Both the position numbers and the translations under genes were made by a program. Positions 38,898 to 51,871 of a DNA stretch of 64,000 bases are shown one piece after another (the stretch's first letter is position 1; the number at the start of each line of letters is the position of its first letter). Origin of the DNA: Macrostomum lignano (lineage: Eukaryota); assembly GCA_002269645.1 (NCBI GenBank), contig NIVC01003683.1:1-64000 (forward strand). The letters run 5' to 3'. The notes under the pieces are model-generated. The model did no database searches and was not told where the DNA came from. It saw only the letters and a program-made list of their open reading frames with translations.

Positions 38898-39495
38898 ATG
38901 ATAATAAATAATGCACAACTTCAAATCATAGTAATTAATAAGTCATACTAATTTATTTTTCTTAAAATTGTAATGAAATGCAAATTTAAAAATATAAAAT
39001 GGGGGTGGGTTTTAACAATTAGTGATAGCACTATAACATATAACAAACAAAGGGGCAATACTATATAACACTAGAAAATCACTAGGCCCTATAATATATT
39101 AGATACACTATACTGAACAAATTAAGCATGTATATACAATCTCCTTGATTTAAACTAGCCATGTGATTTAAGCCTCTTTTTTGACTAAATGAGGAATTTT
39201 TTAGGGCAAAGGAAGAGTCAGGATCATAGAATGCCTGCATTGGAACAAATCTTATCAAAAAAGTTAGCTTATACTACATGCTATAGCAAATCTTATCAAA
39301 TAAGTACTGAATGCTAGAAAAAATATACAAATATGAGACAGTGCATTAATAATAGTATGATACTGTACGATAGTGCTAATAGTAACTCGTTTTCTTAGAA
39401 ACTTTAGTTCAAATCTGCGCTAAAAAGAAATTACTGGTATTTTTGTTTAAATGTTGTGATTTACAAAAATATTTTTCACAATTATTTGTTTGACT

Positions 39496-40154
39496 TGATG
39501 AGAGACTCTAGTATAAATAGAAGCCCCGAGTGGGCAAAGAAATCAACTTGTGCTTTTCGTGTGTTCTAACAGTAGCTAAAAACTTGATCAGAAAATTGTT
39601 CAGAGTGTCTTATTCATTTCTATAGTAAAAACCCCAAATCGGGAGTAGTATTGAGATCCGCTACAAGCGAGAAACCGCCTCAGGGCAGTAATAGTAAATT
39701 TGCCTTAGGGCAGAAGAACCGCTTCATAGCAAGAGAAGATCACCTCAGGGCAGTAATAGTAAATTCGCCTCAGGGCAGGAGAACTGCCTCAGAGCGAGGG
39801 AAAGATTGCCTCAGGGCAGGAGAACTGCCTCAGAGCGAGGGAAAGATCGCCTCAGGGCAGGAGAACTGCCTCAGAGCGAGGGAAAGATCGCCTTAGGGCA
39901 GAGAAAGAGCATAAGCTGTGACCCTCTGATCCAGGGAACGCCCAGGACTGAGAGAATAATATTAGGGGAAGCATAGGAATAGAATAGACAGTGCTATTAG
40001 ACCGCTCAGGCCAGAAAGTACAATAGAAGTACATACGCTATCAATAGAAGTACATACGCTACTAATAGAAGTACATGCGCTACCAGTAGAATTACAATTA
40101 ACAACCAGTAGAATTGTTAAGAAGAAATAGCTTTGTAACAACTTTGGTGGCAGC
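39496..40154 (+). mobile_element. Putative LTR followed by a tRNA-Leu-type primer-binding site remnant
   Basis: TG start, TAGTATAAATAGAAGC shared with the LTR at 43057, end ...TGTAACA followed by TGGTGGCAGC at 40145. No internal ORF follows. Confidence 0.4.
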
Positions 40155-42892
40155 AAGTAAGGCTAGACAAAGGATTAAATAAGAGCCCTGGGACAAATAT
40201 AAGAATCAATATTTTCTACTTAAAAAAACTAGTAAAACTTGTATTTGAATCAGTTCTATAGAAAATGCAATATTAATATATTTAAATTAAAAAAGCCATC
40301 AAATATACAGGCAAACAAAAAAGAGCTAATAAAAAGAAATTACATGCTAATTTTCTATTTACGAAAATATTGTCTAGCTATAAGTTTTTGTCTTGCACTA
40401 TATTATGCCCAATTTCCCCACTTGCTTGCTATTGCTATTGACATCCCAGCTATTACACAAGAATGCACCAGCATGGCATATATCTACGAGCTCATAATCT
40501 AACCTCCTTTTGTGCTAGAATTTTCTATGAAAAAATATTTTCTTGACTATAAATGCTATCATTACCAACCATAACCATAGCATAAAGGGGGCCACTCTCC
40601 TAAAGATGCTATTTTCTCTAAGAATTCCTAGCATGCATAAGGGTTTTTGGCCCCTGCATTATATATATATTACTGTGTGCAATGAGACTGCCTATAGTGG
40701 CATATACGAGTATAAAAAAAATTTTAATATGCAGCCACATATAAAATCAATTTAGAAATATAACAGAGGTTTAGATTTGGCTGGATCATGGAAATTTATA
40801 ATTGGTAATGTCTTACTTTAAATTATTTTTTCAATAACTTGTTATAACAGTTTTAAAATAATTATAATACAATATATATTTTTGTAACTTTGGAGCAAAA
40901 TAAGACTCAAAAGTAAACTGATCCATGGAAAAGAACAAATTTATTTTGTTTAAACAGGCTTTATTGCTTTTATATATTATTTAGCACTTAAGCAAAGTGC
41001 TGAAAAATAGGGTGCAGCCGAAATCATCATATTCAAAATCGTCATATGATGATGACGACTTGAACAAATCTTGAAGACTTAAACATTTAAATATGACGAC
41101 TTTGACCAAAGGCAAGGGTGTATTAATTTTGGATTTTTCTACTTTCGGGCAAAAATCCCTTGCATATGCACCTATAATTTTTATATTAACTATGTCAATT
41201 AATGCTGATTCACCCCTTATTGCTGCATCAGCAATCAGGGTTGGCATTGCATTCGCGTGAATTAATCTGGAGAAATTGCGCAGACGAATCATAACGGAAC
41301 CTCCAGTCAATGGAAATGTGACAAAAATTGAACAATGAGTGGACAAAAATTAAACGTTTGTAGCAGTTTTCCTTTTAAATGAGTTATTAAAGTAATGTTT
41401 ATTAGTTCAAATATCAATTAAGTGGCACCCAACTGCCACACATGACTACTGAGAATACACTGTAAATTGTTTTAATTTGTTGGCAAACAAGAACACGCTG
41501 CCGCCATGAGCTAAGATCCTTGCGCAGCCAATGCAACACAATATGACGATTTAGTGAATGCAGCATTGTCCAATACTGAGATGATGACGATTTAGATAAT
41601 TTAGTTGTTTTTCTCATAAGCTACAGATGATGATCTGGAATATGACAACTTTGGCCAGAACCGAAAAATATACAAGCACATTTTTGCTTTTAACTTTTAA
41701 GTCTTGTATGCAGCATCCAAATATAGATAGGCCTAAGGGCCTTGGCATGTGGCATGCAATATGCATAGCCATAGGCCTAAGATTTCTAAATAATCTTGGC
41801 ATATAGCATGTAGGGTCAAAAAGTTTTGTGGCATGCATAGAACATCTTTGGGACTATGGGGGAAGGGGTGCAGTGAGGGCAAGGGGCAATTAAAACCATC
41901 ATATTAGTTGATGATCTATTTAGGCCTAATCAAAAATAGGTCTTTTACCTGTTTTGCTATTTAAAAATTTAAAATAAATTGATTAAATCTGCTTAAAAAT
42001 AAAAGACAAAAATCATAATTGGATTAGACTACTACCACTTATAATAAAATAAATCAATTGAAAAAAATAATAGCATAGGGCCTATGGCTATATAAACATT
42101 TGGTAGACAGCAGCCCTTATTACTATTACCAACTAAGTAAAAATTTAAAATACTTGAATCCAAAAGCCTAGGAGTAGGACCTAGGTTAAATAAGCAATTG
42201 GCAATTGCAAATGCAAAGTTGTCATGATATTGATAGCATTTAAAAATAGGCCCTAGCTTATTTATTTTTTTAAACTCTATTAGCCTAGGTTGACATCACT
42301 TCAAAAAACATTTGAATAGGACCTATCTACTTTAAAAAAAGCCTCGCAAGTGCTGTACTGCTGCTGTACAAGTAAGTAACCATGTATATGAATTACTGAA
42401 GTGTGTGGACTGTGGTGTGGTGTGGTGTAGACTGTAGAGAAATGAGAATATTCAACTTTTCATTAAGGCAATTATCTATTTAAACAGTACAATTAAATGG
42501 GTACCTCAGAACTTTAAAAAGCACTGAAAGTAGTTTTTGAAGTTTGTAGGTTGGCTCCGATCTCTCTCTCGATCTCTCTATCACTTCCCAAGGACTACTC
42601 AAGAAGTGCTTTTTTGTCTGGACTCCGCGCTGCAGTGACCTGCACTGCACTGCACTTGCCTTGCTTCTTTATTCATGGAATTAAAAAAACAACACCAACA
42701 AGCATGGACAATACCAACTTTAAAAAATGATTTAAATAAACTTAGATGAAAAAAATTGTATTTAAAACTTGCGATTATTGTATTTCTTCGTATAATAAAT
42801 AATACTTTTGTTTCAACTTGAAAATTTCATTCAAATTTTGAATATGCATTAGTCTTTTTAAGTTTTTTGCCATACTAAGCAAAAACAAAACT

Positions 42893-44799
42893 GACCTCCA
42901 ACACATGTTCCACACAATGGAAACCTACTGTAGACAGAACTACCTCAAAATAAATGCCAGCAAAACAAAATACATGCAAGCCTGCAAGGGTAAAAACAAG
43001 CAAATGCAAAACGACACCAAAATTCTTTACGAAATGCAACAGATAGAAGAAGTAAATGAGAGAGGCCAAGTTTTAAATTCCCGCCTTTACTATGGAAACG
43101 TATATTTTTAGAACTTTGTTTAAACGCGTCTTGTTCCCCACGCCAATTTTAGTATAAATAGAAGCGAATTTTGTGCCCAGAGAGGCAACCGAAGTTTTAC
43201 ATCTTCTGGTTCATAGGCGAATTGCCTATAAAATTGAAGAAGTGTTTCAAGCCTTCCTTCATTTGCTAGAAAACTAAGAGCGAATGCTCATTGGACAGAA
43301 GGTAGAAATTACCAAGAGAAAAAGACGAGTAGTCTAAGAGCCAATTGCGTACCTGCAAAGAGCAGAGGCGTAGAGCCAATAGAAAAGGGAGATATATCCC
43401 ATTAGTAATATTCGAATTGAACAACCAATGAGAAAGTCGTACCTGACAAGAGCAAATCCGTAAGAGGAAATTGAAATTCACCGGGCAACCTCGATCCATT
43501 GGAGGACGCTGCTTTAGGACTTAGCCACCCCCTCTCCCCCTAGCTGAACAGTGTCTTGCCGCTCGGGCACTGCGCGCTACCAGGGCAATCCGTGCTTACG
43601 TGAAAGCCCATAGTCTTACCTCAGTTACGCCGTATTTTAGTAGCTCATAACGAATCCAATAAGCTAATATAATAAAATTCTAGAATTATAGCCAAACCCC
43701 CTACAACAACTTGGTGACATCGGTGGAATAGTTTATAATAGTTAATTATCCCTGCAACAAATTTGGCGATAGCGGTGGGATTTAGAAAATAATAAAAGTG
43801 CCCTACGACATAAATGAATTTAAATACCTGGGAATCATCTTTGAACCCAATAATAGTTTTAAAAAATGCATTGCTTATCAGATGAAACAAGGTAACTCCG
43901 CCATGTTTTCACTGCTACACAAAGTAAAAGACACCACGCTGGATATTATACTTATCAGTAGACTATTTAATTCTTTGGTCACACCAGTTATAACGTATGG
44001 TTGTGAAATCTGGGGACCTCTAGCAACCTGTACTGAACTCAAGAACATCGACAAAATCCAAACAAATTTCTACAAATACCTCCTTAACCTACCTAAAAGT
44101 ACCTGCAACTCTGTTTTATACGCAGAACTTAATTTAACACCTATCTCACTTACCATCTCGAACTTTTTTCTTACATACTGGCTCAAAATCAAACATAAAA
44201 AACTGAATAGTACCACTATAGGCATCTTCGAATCAAACAACTGCCCAAACAACCCATGGAAAACCAACATCACTAAAAAACTACAAAACCTTGGTTTATC
44301 TCACCTGCTTAATTTACAAACATCGGACCCTGGTGATCACAGCTACAACAAAGATAAAACAACAATGACCACACAACTACTCATCTCCTGGGAGCGTGAA
44401 CTCTTCAAAAAAATAGAAAACCACGCGAAAGTCATGCATTACAAAAATTGCTTCATCTATAAGAATATTTTCAAGCCTAACTTAAAAAACTACTTTCCCA
44501 GTATTTTTAGAAATAAAAAACTCATAGAAATTCTGCTTAAGCTTAAAACTGAGTTCTTACCAAGCAAATACACCCAAGAAAAATGCAAACTTTGTGGCAG
44601 AGATTCATGCAATAATATCTTACACTATACAACTGAATGTGTCGGTATACTAGATGTCAGGAAAAAATACTTTAACCAAAGCCACCTGAGCACAAGACAC
44701 TTTTACAGTTTAGGCTATGCTACAAACGAAAACAAAAATAAAAAAGATTTGCTAGCTATCGAGAAGATCTATAAACTCATAGCAAATCTCCCTCCTTAA
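42893..44799 (+). mobile_element. 5'-truncated non-LTR retrotransposon (LINE ORF2 C-terminal part), split by a solo LTR
   Basis: LKINASKTKYM...QIEEVN|EFKYLG, TPVITYGCEIWG, and a C-terminal CKLC-x8-H-x4-C knuckle. The frame is continuous once 43057-43814 is removed. Confidence 0.85.
43057..43810 (+). mobile_element. Solo LTR, 754 bp, TG...CA termini, 4-bp TSD TAAA
   Basis: TAAA at 43053-56 and 43811-14. TATA-like TAGTATAAATAG at about 43150. Excision restores the LINE frame exactly. Confidence 0.75.
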
Positions 44800-46638
44800 C
44801 CGACATGAAAATTATAGAGAACACCATGTGTACCACGCTGTTGCTGACCGTCTTACACCAATTGAATCCCTGGTTACCTTGATACTTTACTTGCTATTCC
44901 CTCTTGCTACTATGCATCTCTTGCTATTAAGTCCCTACCCCTCTTCGAGTAAACAATACTGGTGCAATCTATCCCGTATTACGCGTTTATTTATGTAAAA
45001 ATTTTCTTTTTCTAATCGCGCCTTATTTTTATTTAAGCACTCTATTTTTGGTTATTTCTTTCTTACATATTTGCTTCAAAAATACCCTTCATATTTAATG
45101 CCTAATAATTGCCAGCAATCCTTTCATCTGATTTTTTTGTCTGATTAATACATATAAACTTATTTTTATCACCTACGAATTCAAGTGACACCATACTTGT
45201 CTTTTAATTCCTTACTTAAATACTTTTTGCTTTGTTTGCCGTTAAAGATTTTTGAAGTTTCGTAAAAAAAAAAATTGGCGCCCTTTCAAATACTATATTA
45301 TTGTAAAACTCGCCGGGTAAATCTCAAACACAGAAGTAAAAAAATTGACAAAAAATAAAAGTTCAGTGGCATGGAAAATAATGCTTTACATCTAAAGATA
45401 AAAGAATAATATAATAATTTTTCTACTTAAAACCACAAGTAACCCTGAATTTCAAGAAAGTATGCTGTTTGTTTTTTCGAAGAGTATTTTGACAACGATT
45501 AATACCGAAGACAAACAGTTTGTTTATTTAACTCACAAAATTGTAATTTTTGTTTTGTTAGAGTTATCTTTTTACTGGTTAGTAGTATTCATTAAAATCT
45601 TTTTTGTTTTTGATTAACATTTTGTTATAAATTGAAACTGTTTATAGTTACTAAATTTAACGTGCTATGAATCTGCCTGATTTATAATATAAACGGAATG
45701 CACGGTACTTAAACCATTTTTTAATATATATCGAAAACACATACCGTTGACGGACTGATAACGGACGGAATTTATTATTGATGACAAAGAAACGATTTCA
45801 ACTGGGTTATTTATCTTTACTGAAATTTAATATGGTGATCGAAACCTGCAAATTGAAATTGTAATATTTGACATCGATATATGTATCTAGAGTGTTCATT
45901 CAGAACATATTTTAATTAGGTAAAGGCATTGAGTTTTTTCAAATTACACGTTTGCCTCTTTACTTCAACTGAATCATCTTTTTCAATTATCAAATTCCAA
46001 ACCATACCACAAAATTAACTATACTTTCCTTTAATTTCTTGCCAAAGAAGTAAAGAACTCGAAGTATTCTCTCAGTCTCTCATTCTAGTATGTTTCTAAA
46101 AAGCTAGAACTTGAAAATTCTTATAAATTTTCCTTTTGAACTTTTGATTAAGGTTCCCATCACCGATCAAATATATTGTCTGTAGAATTATTGTATATTC
46201 CCCATTTAATTTCTACTTTTAAATACGCAAGCAAAAACAGACCGAAACAGATACTTGAACTGCACTGGACTTAGGAAGTGCAGACCATAAAAAATCAATG
46301 AAAAGCGTACAGCTACTGGCACTGGGAAAATGTAAAACAGTAAAAAACGAGCCAAAATGATGCTGGCAAAAAAAGAAAAACGGAAAAACTTGCAGATTGG
46401 AAAATACTATGCAAAGCAGATATGGCACTGAAAACTATAGGAAAAATGGAAATGGCAAAGCAATACTAAAGCAAAACTGGGAACTAAAACATATATATAT
46501 ATATATGTTTTGTCCTGTCCCTTTTCGCGGCTCCTGTACGTGCCTCCCATCAGTAGTATAAAGTAAAGTAACCACTTGACTACTCTATCCCCGTGGGAAA
46601 ACCCAGAACCTTAAGTATCAGCTGGGTACAAAAAATTA

Positions 46639-47335
46639 CAAGGGGCGTCTCAAAAGTTCGTGCAATCGATCCATTTCTACCACAGACATCGCTCTAGTGG
46701 CTGCAGCTGTTACCACAGCTGTCCTGCGACCAGCAGCAGTCGTTTCCTGCGCACTTGAGCTATCTAGCTCGTATTTGCACCTTTCTCATTTCTTAGCTCG
46801 TATTATTATAACCCCACCGCGATTGTCATCACCATTGCTTTCCCTCTTCGGTCGACGTCGCGGTTATGGGAGATGAACCGCAGGAAGAGCAGCGGTGGTA
46901 AATTAAATCTGAATGGCTGCGAGGAATGCCAGCTGCACAAGTCACCTACAGCTTGTAGACGCGTACAGCAAGGATGAACTTTGCCAGCGCGATGTGTACA
47001 AGAGGTATGATCGCTTCAAGAGTGGCTGCACTTCGATCGACTCTGAATGAGCCAAGATCTGGGAGACCCCGGAAAGTGCGGACCGAGAGCAGCATCAAAC
47101 TCATCCGTGGTCTGCTGGAAATCGATCTGCGATGGACATGCAAAGAAATGGCGGAACTCAGTAAAGTTCCTTCATCCACCATCCACCAAACTCTCAAATG
47201 CATAGAGGACCTGTGGCTGCAGTACGTCACTGTTCGATGGGTGCCGCATCATCTCGATGAGAGTCAGGAAGCTGGCAACAAGTCATCGTTGCCCAACAAC
47301 TTTCTCGACGCTATCGACGAGAAAGCAACGAGTTG
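46639..47335 (+). mobile_element. 5' half of a mariner element (truncated, frameshifted)
   Basis: TA|CAAGGGGCGTCTCAAAAGTT terminus. Translation gives EPRSGRP...STIHQTL...RWVPHHL. No DDD domain follows. Confidence 0.85.
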
Positions 47336-50026
47336 TCAAAATTGGTTGTGTATGTTGAATGACATTTACAGCTCAGCTCAAAGAGCAGGTGCTGCAGTAG
47401 CTGAATTTTGAAGTCAATTTGTGTATCTCAGAAACCATATGAGAATGAGTTGTAATCATCTTCATGGTATCTGGTATCAATTTAAAGAAAATAAGTGTAG
47501 TAATTTTAAGAATGTCAACATTAAAAATTGCCAAAATTTACAAAAAGGCATATAGACTCTCACTTTCTATTTTTGCATGTAAACACCGAGATAGCAGAGT
47601 TTAATTGAAAATGACTAAATAGAATAATATATATGGCATTCAGATTGCAAGGTAAACATATACTGCTACATATAGAAATAAATACAAATAGAAGTAGATA
47701 GACTATGCTAGTGTTACTTGTAATGAACTTAACATACTCGTACAATGAATTACGCTGCTCCTTCGGATCTAGCATTAGATATGCTTCTTAATTAAAAAGG
47801 CTTTCTAAGGGGTCATTAAATACAATTAAAATATACAATACCAGCATTCTTTTTACTTTGACCTAAGCATATGATCTATTTCTAAGGGTTCCTGCCGTAC
47901 CTATTGTCCTTTGCTTATGCTAGCCAAAACAGCATTCAAATATGGTGATATTAGAGGAACATACTAAATAGATTGGCAGGAATAAATTAGAATTTTTCTG
48001 TGGATTACTGAGCGTTAGAGCTCAAGATATACTCATAAGATCAAAAGTGAATATCATTAGAAGTGAATCATCACAGATTTTCACACAAACATAAACAAAA
48101 CTGCTTACTTAAGTATGCTACTTGGCTATAAATGGTTAAAACCCAATATAATGAACTTAATAAAGTCTATACTTCTTTAGTAAAATCACAAGAACATGCA
48201 ATGAAAAACTACTCTTTGTTTAGTATTTTTCTACATAATTAGAAGATTTGGGAACATTTACATGCTTATGAGCTGAGTAAACTTACACCTTACAGGAAAT
48301 TTTGTGCTTATGAAAAAAGTCTAAATGTAACATCAATAGGCATAAGTAAGTAACAGTGCATTGACAGTCGCAGATAAAATGGAATAACAATATTTAAAAT
48401 GTATCTGAAAGAATGAATCACTGAAGATCATAATGGTTGGCATTGTTTATCAGAAAACTTACACCTTACAGGAACTTTTTAACAGTAGACAAATATCATG
48501 CAATCGAGACAGGGCCAAATAAGTTCATAAATATTGAAAACACAGCGGTAAAACATCCACAAGCTCACAGATGAAGGTTTTCCCCAATATTTTCAGTCAT
48601 TTTCCCATAGACAAATATATTACACGTGCACAAAAAAACATTATGAAACAAAAAAACGTACTTAAGATACAAGTCAGAAAAATACGTTTTTGGTCGCTAT
48701 CGCCACAAAAAAACATAAACTTTGACTAAAAGTTTAAAAAAATATTTTTTAATCAGTTTTTTATGAACTAAATTTAAATTCATGTACAATTGCTTCTAAT
48801 TTAACAATGAAATTCCTGATGTAAGAAAAAATTTGTTTATAACTTACGTACATTTCAATCTGAGATTTACCCCGCCGCACAGATCCCATTCTATCGAAAT
48901 AATATTAATATTAAATACACTGACATATACTGGCCAAACAGGCTTCTTGCCTGAGCCAAATTACTACTACTACTTACTACTACTACTTAGTCGGGCGCGA
49001 TTAGTGCAAATTATCTATAGTCTATAGATATTGCTATATAACGTCGATGAAACTCATGCAACTAAGTTATTAAATTAACAACTCACTTGTCTTTGCCCTC
49101 TTTAAAGAAGAAAAGAAAATAGAAGAAAAAATTAAAGTAGGCCTACAAAAAGACAGTTACTAGTTAAAGCAAGCATGCGTCTGCTAATGTTGATATTTTC
49201 TAGCCTAAGCATCTTTTATTTATAGGCCTACTTCAATACTTGTACTCAAAACATTTAACTGCTCGGCTTAGGCATATTAGTATTATTAGGGGCCTATTCA
49301 ATATCGAAAATATTGCCCAGCTAAGCCTAAATAGGCCTAACTTTACATAGCCATAACATAGGCCTAGGCCCTACAAAATTTTGGCAATCTTGCAAGATAG
49401 CTCAGAAATCATTGAAAAAATAATTTAACGAACAAAACTTGAAGATTGCCAAAATTTTTTAAATTGGCCCCTATGCAAAATGTTGTTTGGAAACTGGCAT
49501 TCATTTAATAATTAATAGACCCATTTTTTAATTAAAATAGTAAATCAATGTTGAATTGTAACTATTTTATCAGGTGACTATTATTACAAAGTTAATATTT
49601 TTTGTTTATATATATACTCAGAAACAGTAAAAAGTTGCCACCCATTTGTCCCAGTGAGCATGAGTGCCTTTCGACCAATGTCTATCACCTCACTTGGCCA
49701 GCCATTTTGATATTTAAAAATGCTTGAAAAACAATTAAAACAGGTGAAAGCTTTAATCCATCCAATCTTCGCCCTCTGCTCCACTCTTCCCAATCCCTCT
49801 TCCTGCTCTTCGCCCTCCGCGTGGTGCAAGTTGCGTCACTCAAAAGTCAAACTGAGCTGGAATTTACTGTGCACTCTCAAAAGTGGCGACTTTTTAGTTT
49901 TTAATGTTGTTGAGTATATTTAGCTCATTATAGGCCTAATCTAATGTCAATATATTAAGCTAGGTCTGTTACTTTATTAATAATTAGACCTTACCTAAAG
50001 TATATTTAAGTTGGAAATTAAGTTGG

Positions 50027-50636
50027 TGCCAATAATTTCAATTTTATCCACATGGATAAATGTCAATAATGCCAGCTTATCCCCATAGCAGCTTATTGAA
50101 ATAGCTGCCACCATTCACGTCTAGCTCATATAGGCCATGTCAATAATTCCAATTTTATCCACACAAATCCATGTTAATAATTTTCAGCTTATCCTCATTC
50201 CCCACTGTGGGGACCCCATAGCTAAGATCGTGCAGCTGTTTGTGTTTAGCTTTGTGTATCAATGTTAAATTGATACTGTCATTATTATTAATATTATTAT
50301 CATTATTATTATATCTTGAATTTTTTTAATTTTGCAAGTCTCATTTAGCTTAGCTCAATCTTTGGGTCATTTGGTTGTTCTAAGCAAAGCTAGCAGCTAA
50401 GCAAATATTTAAAATTAACCCTTTTAATGACAAAAAGTTTTAGCAAAGTACTTGATACTATTCAATATTTAATACATGTAGTTTATTTAGAAGAATTGTA
50501 AAACAGTAAAAACAAAAAGACAATTTCTGAACAGATTCGTTTTAAGGTTCTTTATTCCAATTCCAATAAGCTGCCATAGGGATAAGCTGGAAATTATTGA
50601 CACAGATCCATGTGGATAAAATTGGAATTATTGGCA
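50027..50636. mobile_element. Foldback/MITE-like element with about 75-bp inverted arms and an internal direct copy of one arm
   Basis: TGCCAATAATTTCAATTTTATCCACATGGAT... at 50027, a third copy near 50138, and the reverse complement ending at 50636. Confidence 0.7.
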
Positions 50637-51719
50637 TGGGACTGTAAGGATAAGCACTTCTATTTAAGTTTGCATAGGCTCCTATTATATTATTTTTAGG
50701 CTAGCCTTTAAATGAAAAGAAGACACTATTCATCAATAGTAATTTTATATTTTTATTAGTAGGGGGCCTAAGAATGGCACAAAAATTCATTTTTATCTAG
50801 GCTAATTCAAGTCACAAAAGGCTAGGGCTAGGCCCTTGGATTGTAGACCCTTTGTTATCTGCCACTTTATTAGCCTTAGATGACAAACTAACCTAAATTG
50901 TTTTATTGTTGATTAATAAATGACAAAGTGACAAGATAAACCTAATCAATTGTTGTTTACTTGGTTTATTTTTTATGCGCAGTGTACATATGCAGCCTAA
51001 ATTTTAAGATTATCAAAGCTTCGTATATCAGAATGCACAAACCCAACCTAAATGTGCAGCTTGCTGGCAATGGGGTGGAGCGTGAGCTAAGAATACTGTG
51101 AGCAGAGCTGTGCCTATTTATTATTTTTTTCTCTCTCACTTTGTTGTGTACTTGGCACTTTCTAAATTCTACCAGACTGATTTGACCCACCTCTGGATTG
51201 TACAGTGATTTTTGCTTAAATATATTGGTGGTATGATCTTAGGTTCAGTGAATTTGCCCTGATGACGTCTAGTGTTTGACAAAACGCATTGGCTAGAATT
51301 AAACAAAGTTTACTTTTTATGTTTGTGTTGACGTTTATTTTCTTACTAAATTTTAAAATTGCACCTTGAAATTGAAAAGTAAGTGTGATAAAGAATAGAT
51401 ATAGTCATAGATATAGAAAAATTAAGTAGAATATTTGAATTAAATAAGAATATTGCAAAAAAACAAAAAAAAATTTTTTGCAAAAGCTAAGTAAAAAATA
51501 ATGCAAAAAAGAAAAAAAAGATTTTTGTAAACCAAAAAAAGGATTTATACAAGGGCATCGCCATGGAATGATAGAAGGGACAAAGCCAAGAAAAGTAATG
51601 TTGCTTTTCATTATATCTTTCATTTTGCTAATCCAAATAATATCATTTTGCACAAATTTATAATAGCAACTTTTTTCTTCATATTAGCTTTAATTATCAT
51701 TAAAAATAGACATACATAG

Positions 51720-51871
51720 GCAACCTTGGGAATCACTAAGCCATTTCTATTGGCAACATACACATGTAAGTTGCTATTGGCTAAGAGCAGTCACGTGACT
51801 ACTTTTCTATCCAATAGCAACTTACATGAATGTGTTGCTAATAGAAATGGCCAGGTGAATCCCTAGGTTGC
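51720..51871. repeat. 152-bp imperfect palindrome centred on GTCAC|GTGAC
   Basis: The left arm matches the reverse complement of the right arm along its whole length. Confidence 0.85.

Noticed and set aside
40981-41660. 121-aa ORF and recurring GATGATGAC motifs
   Set aside because: No recognisable homology, start context or splice support.
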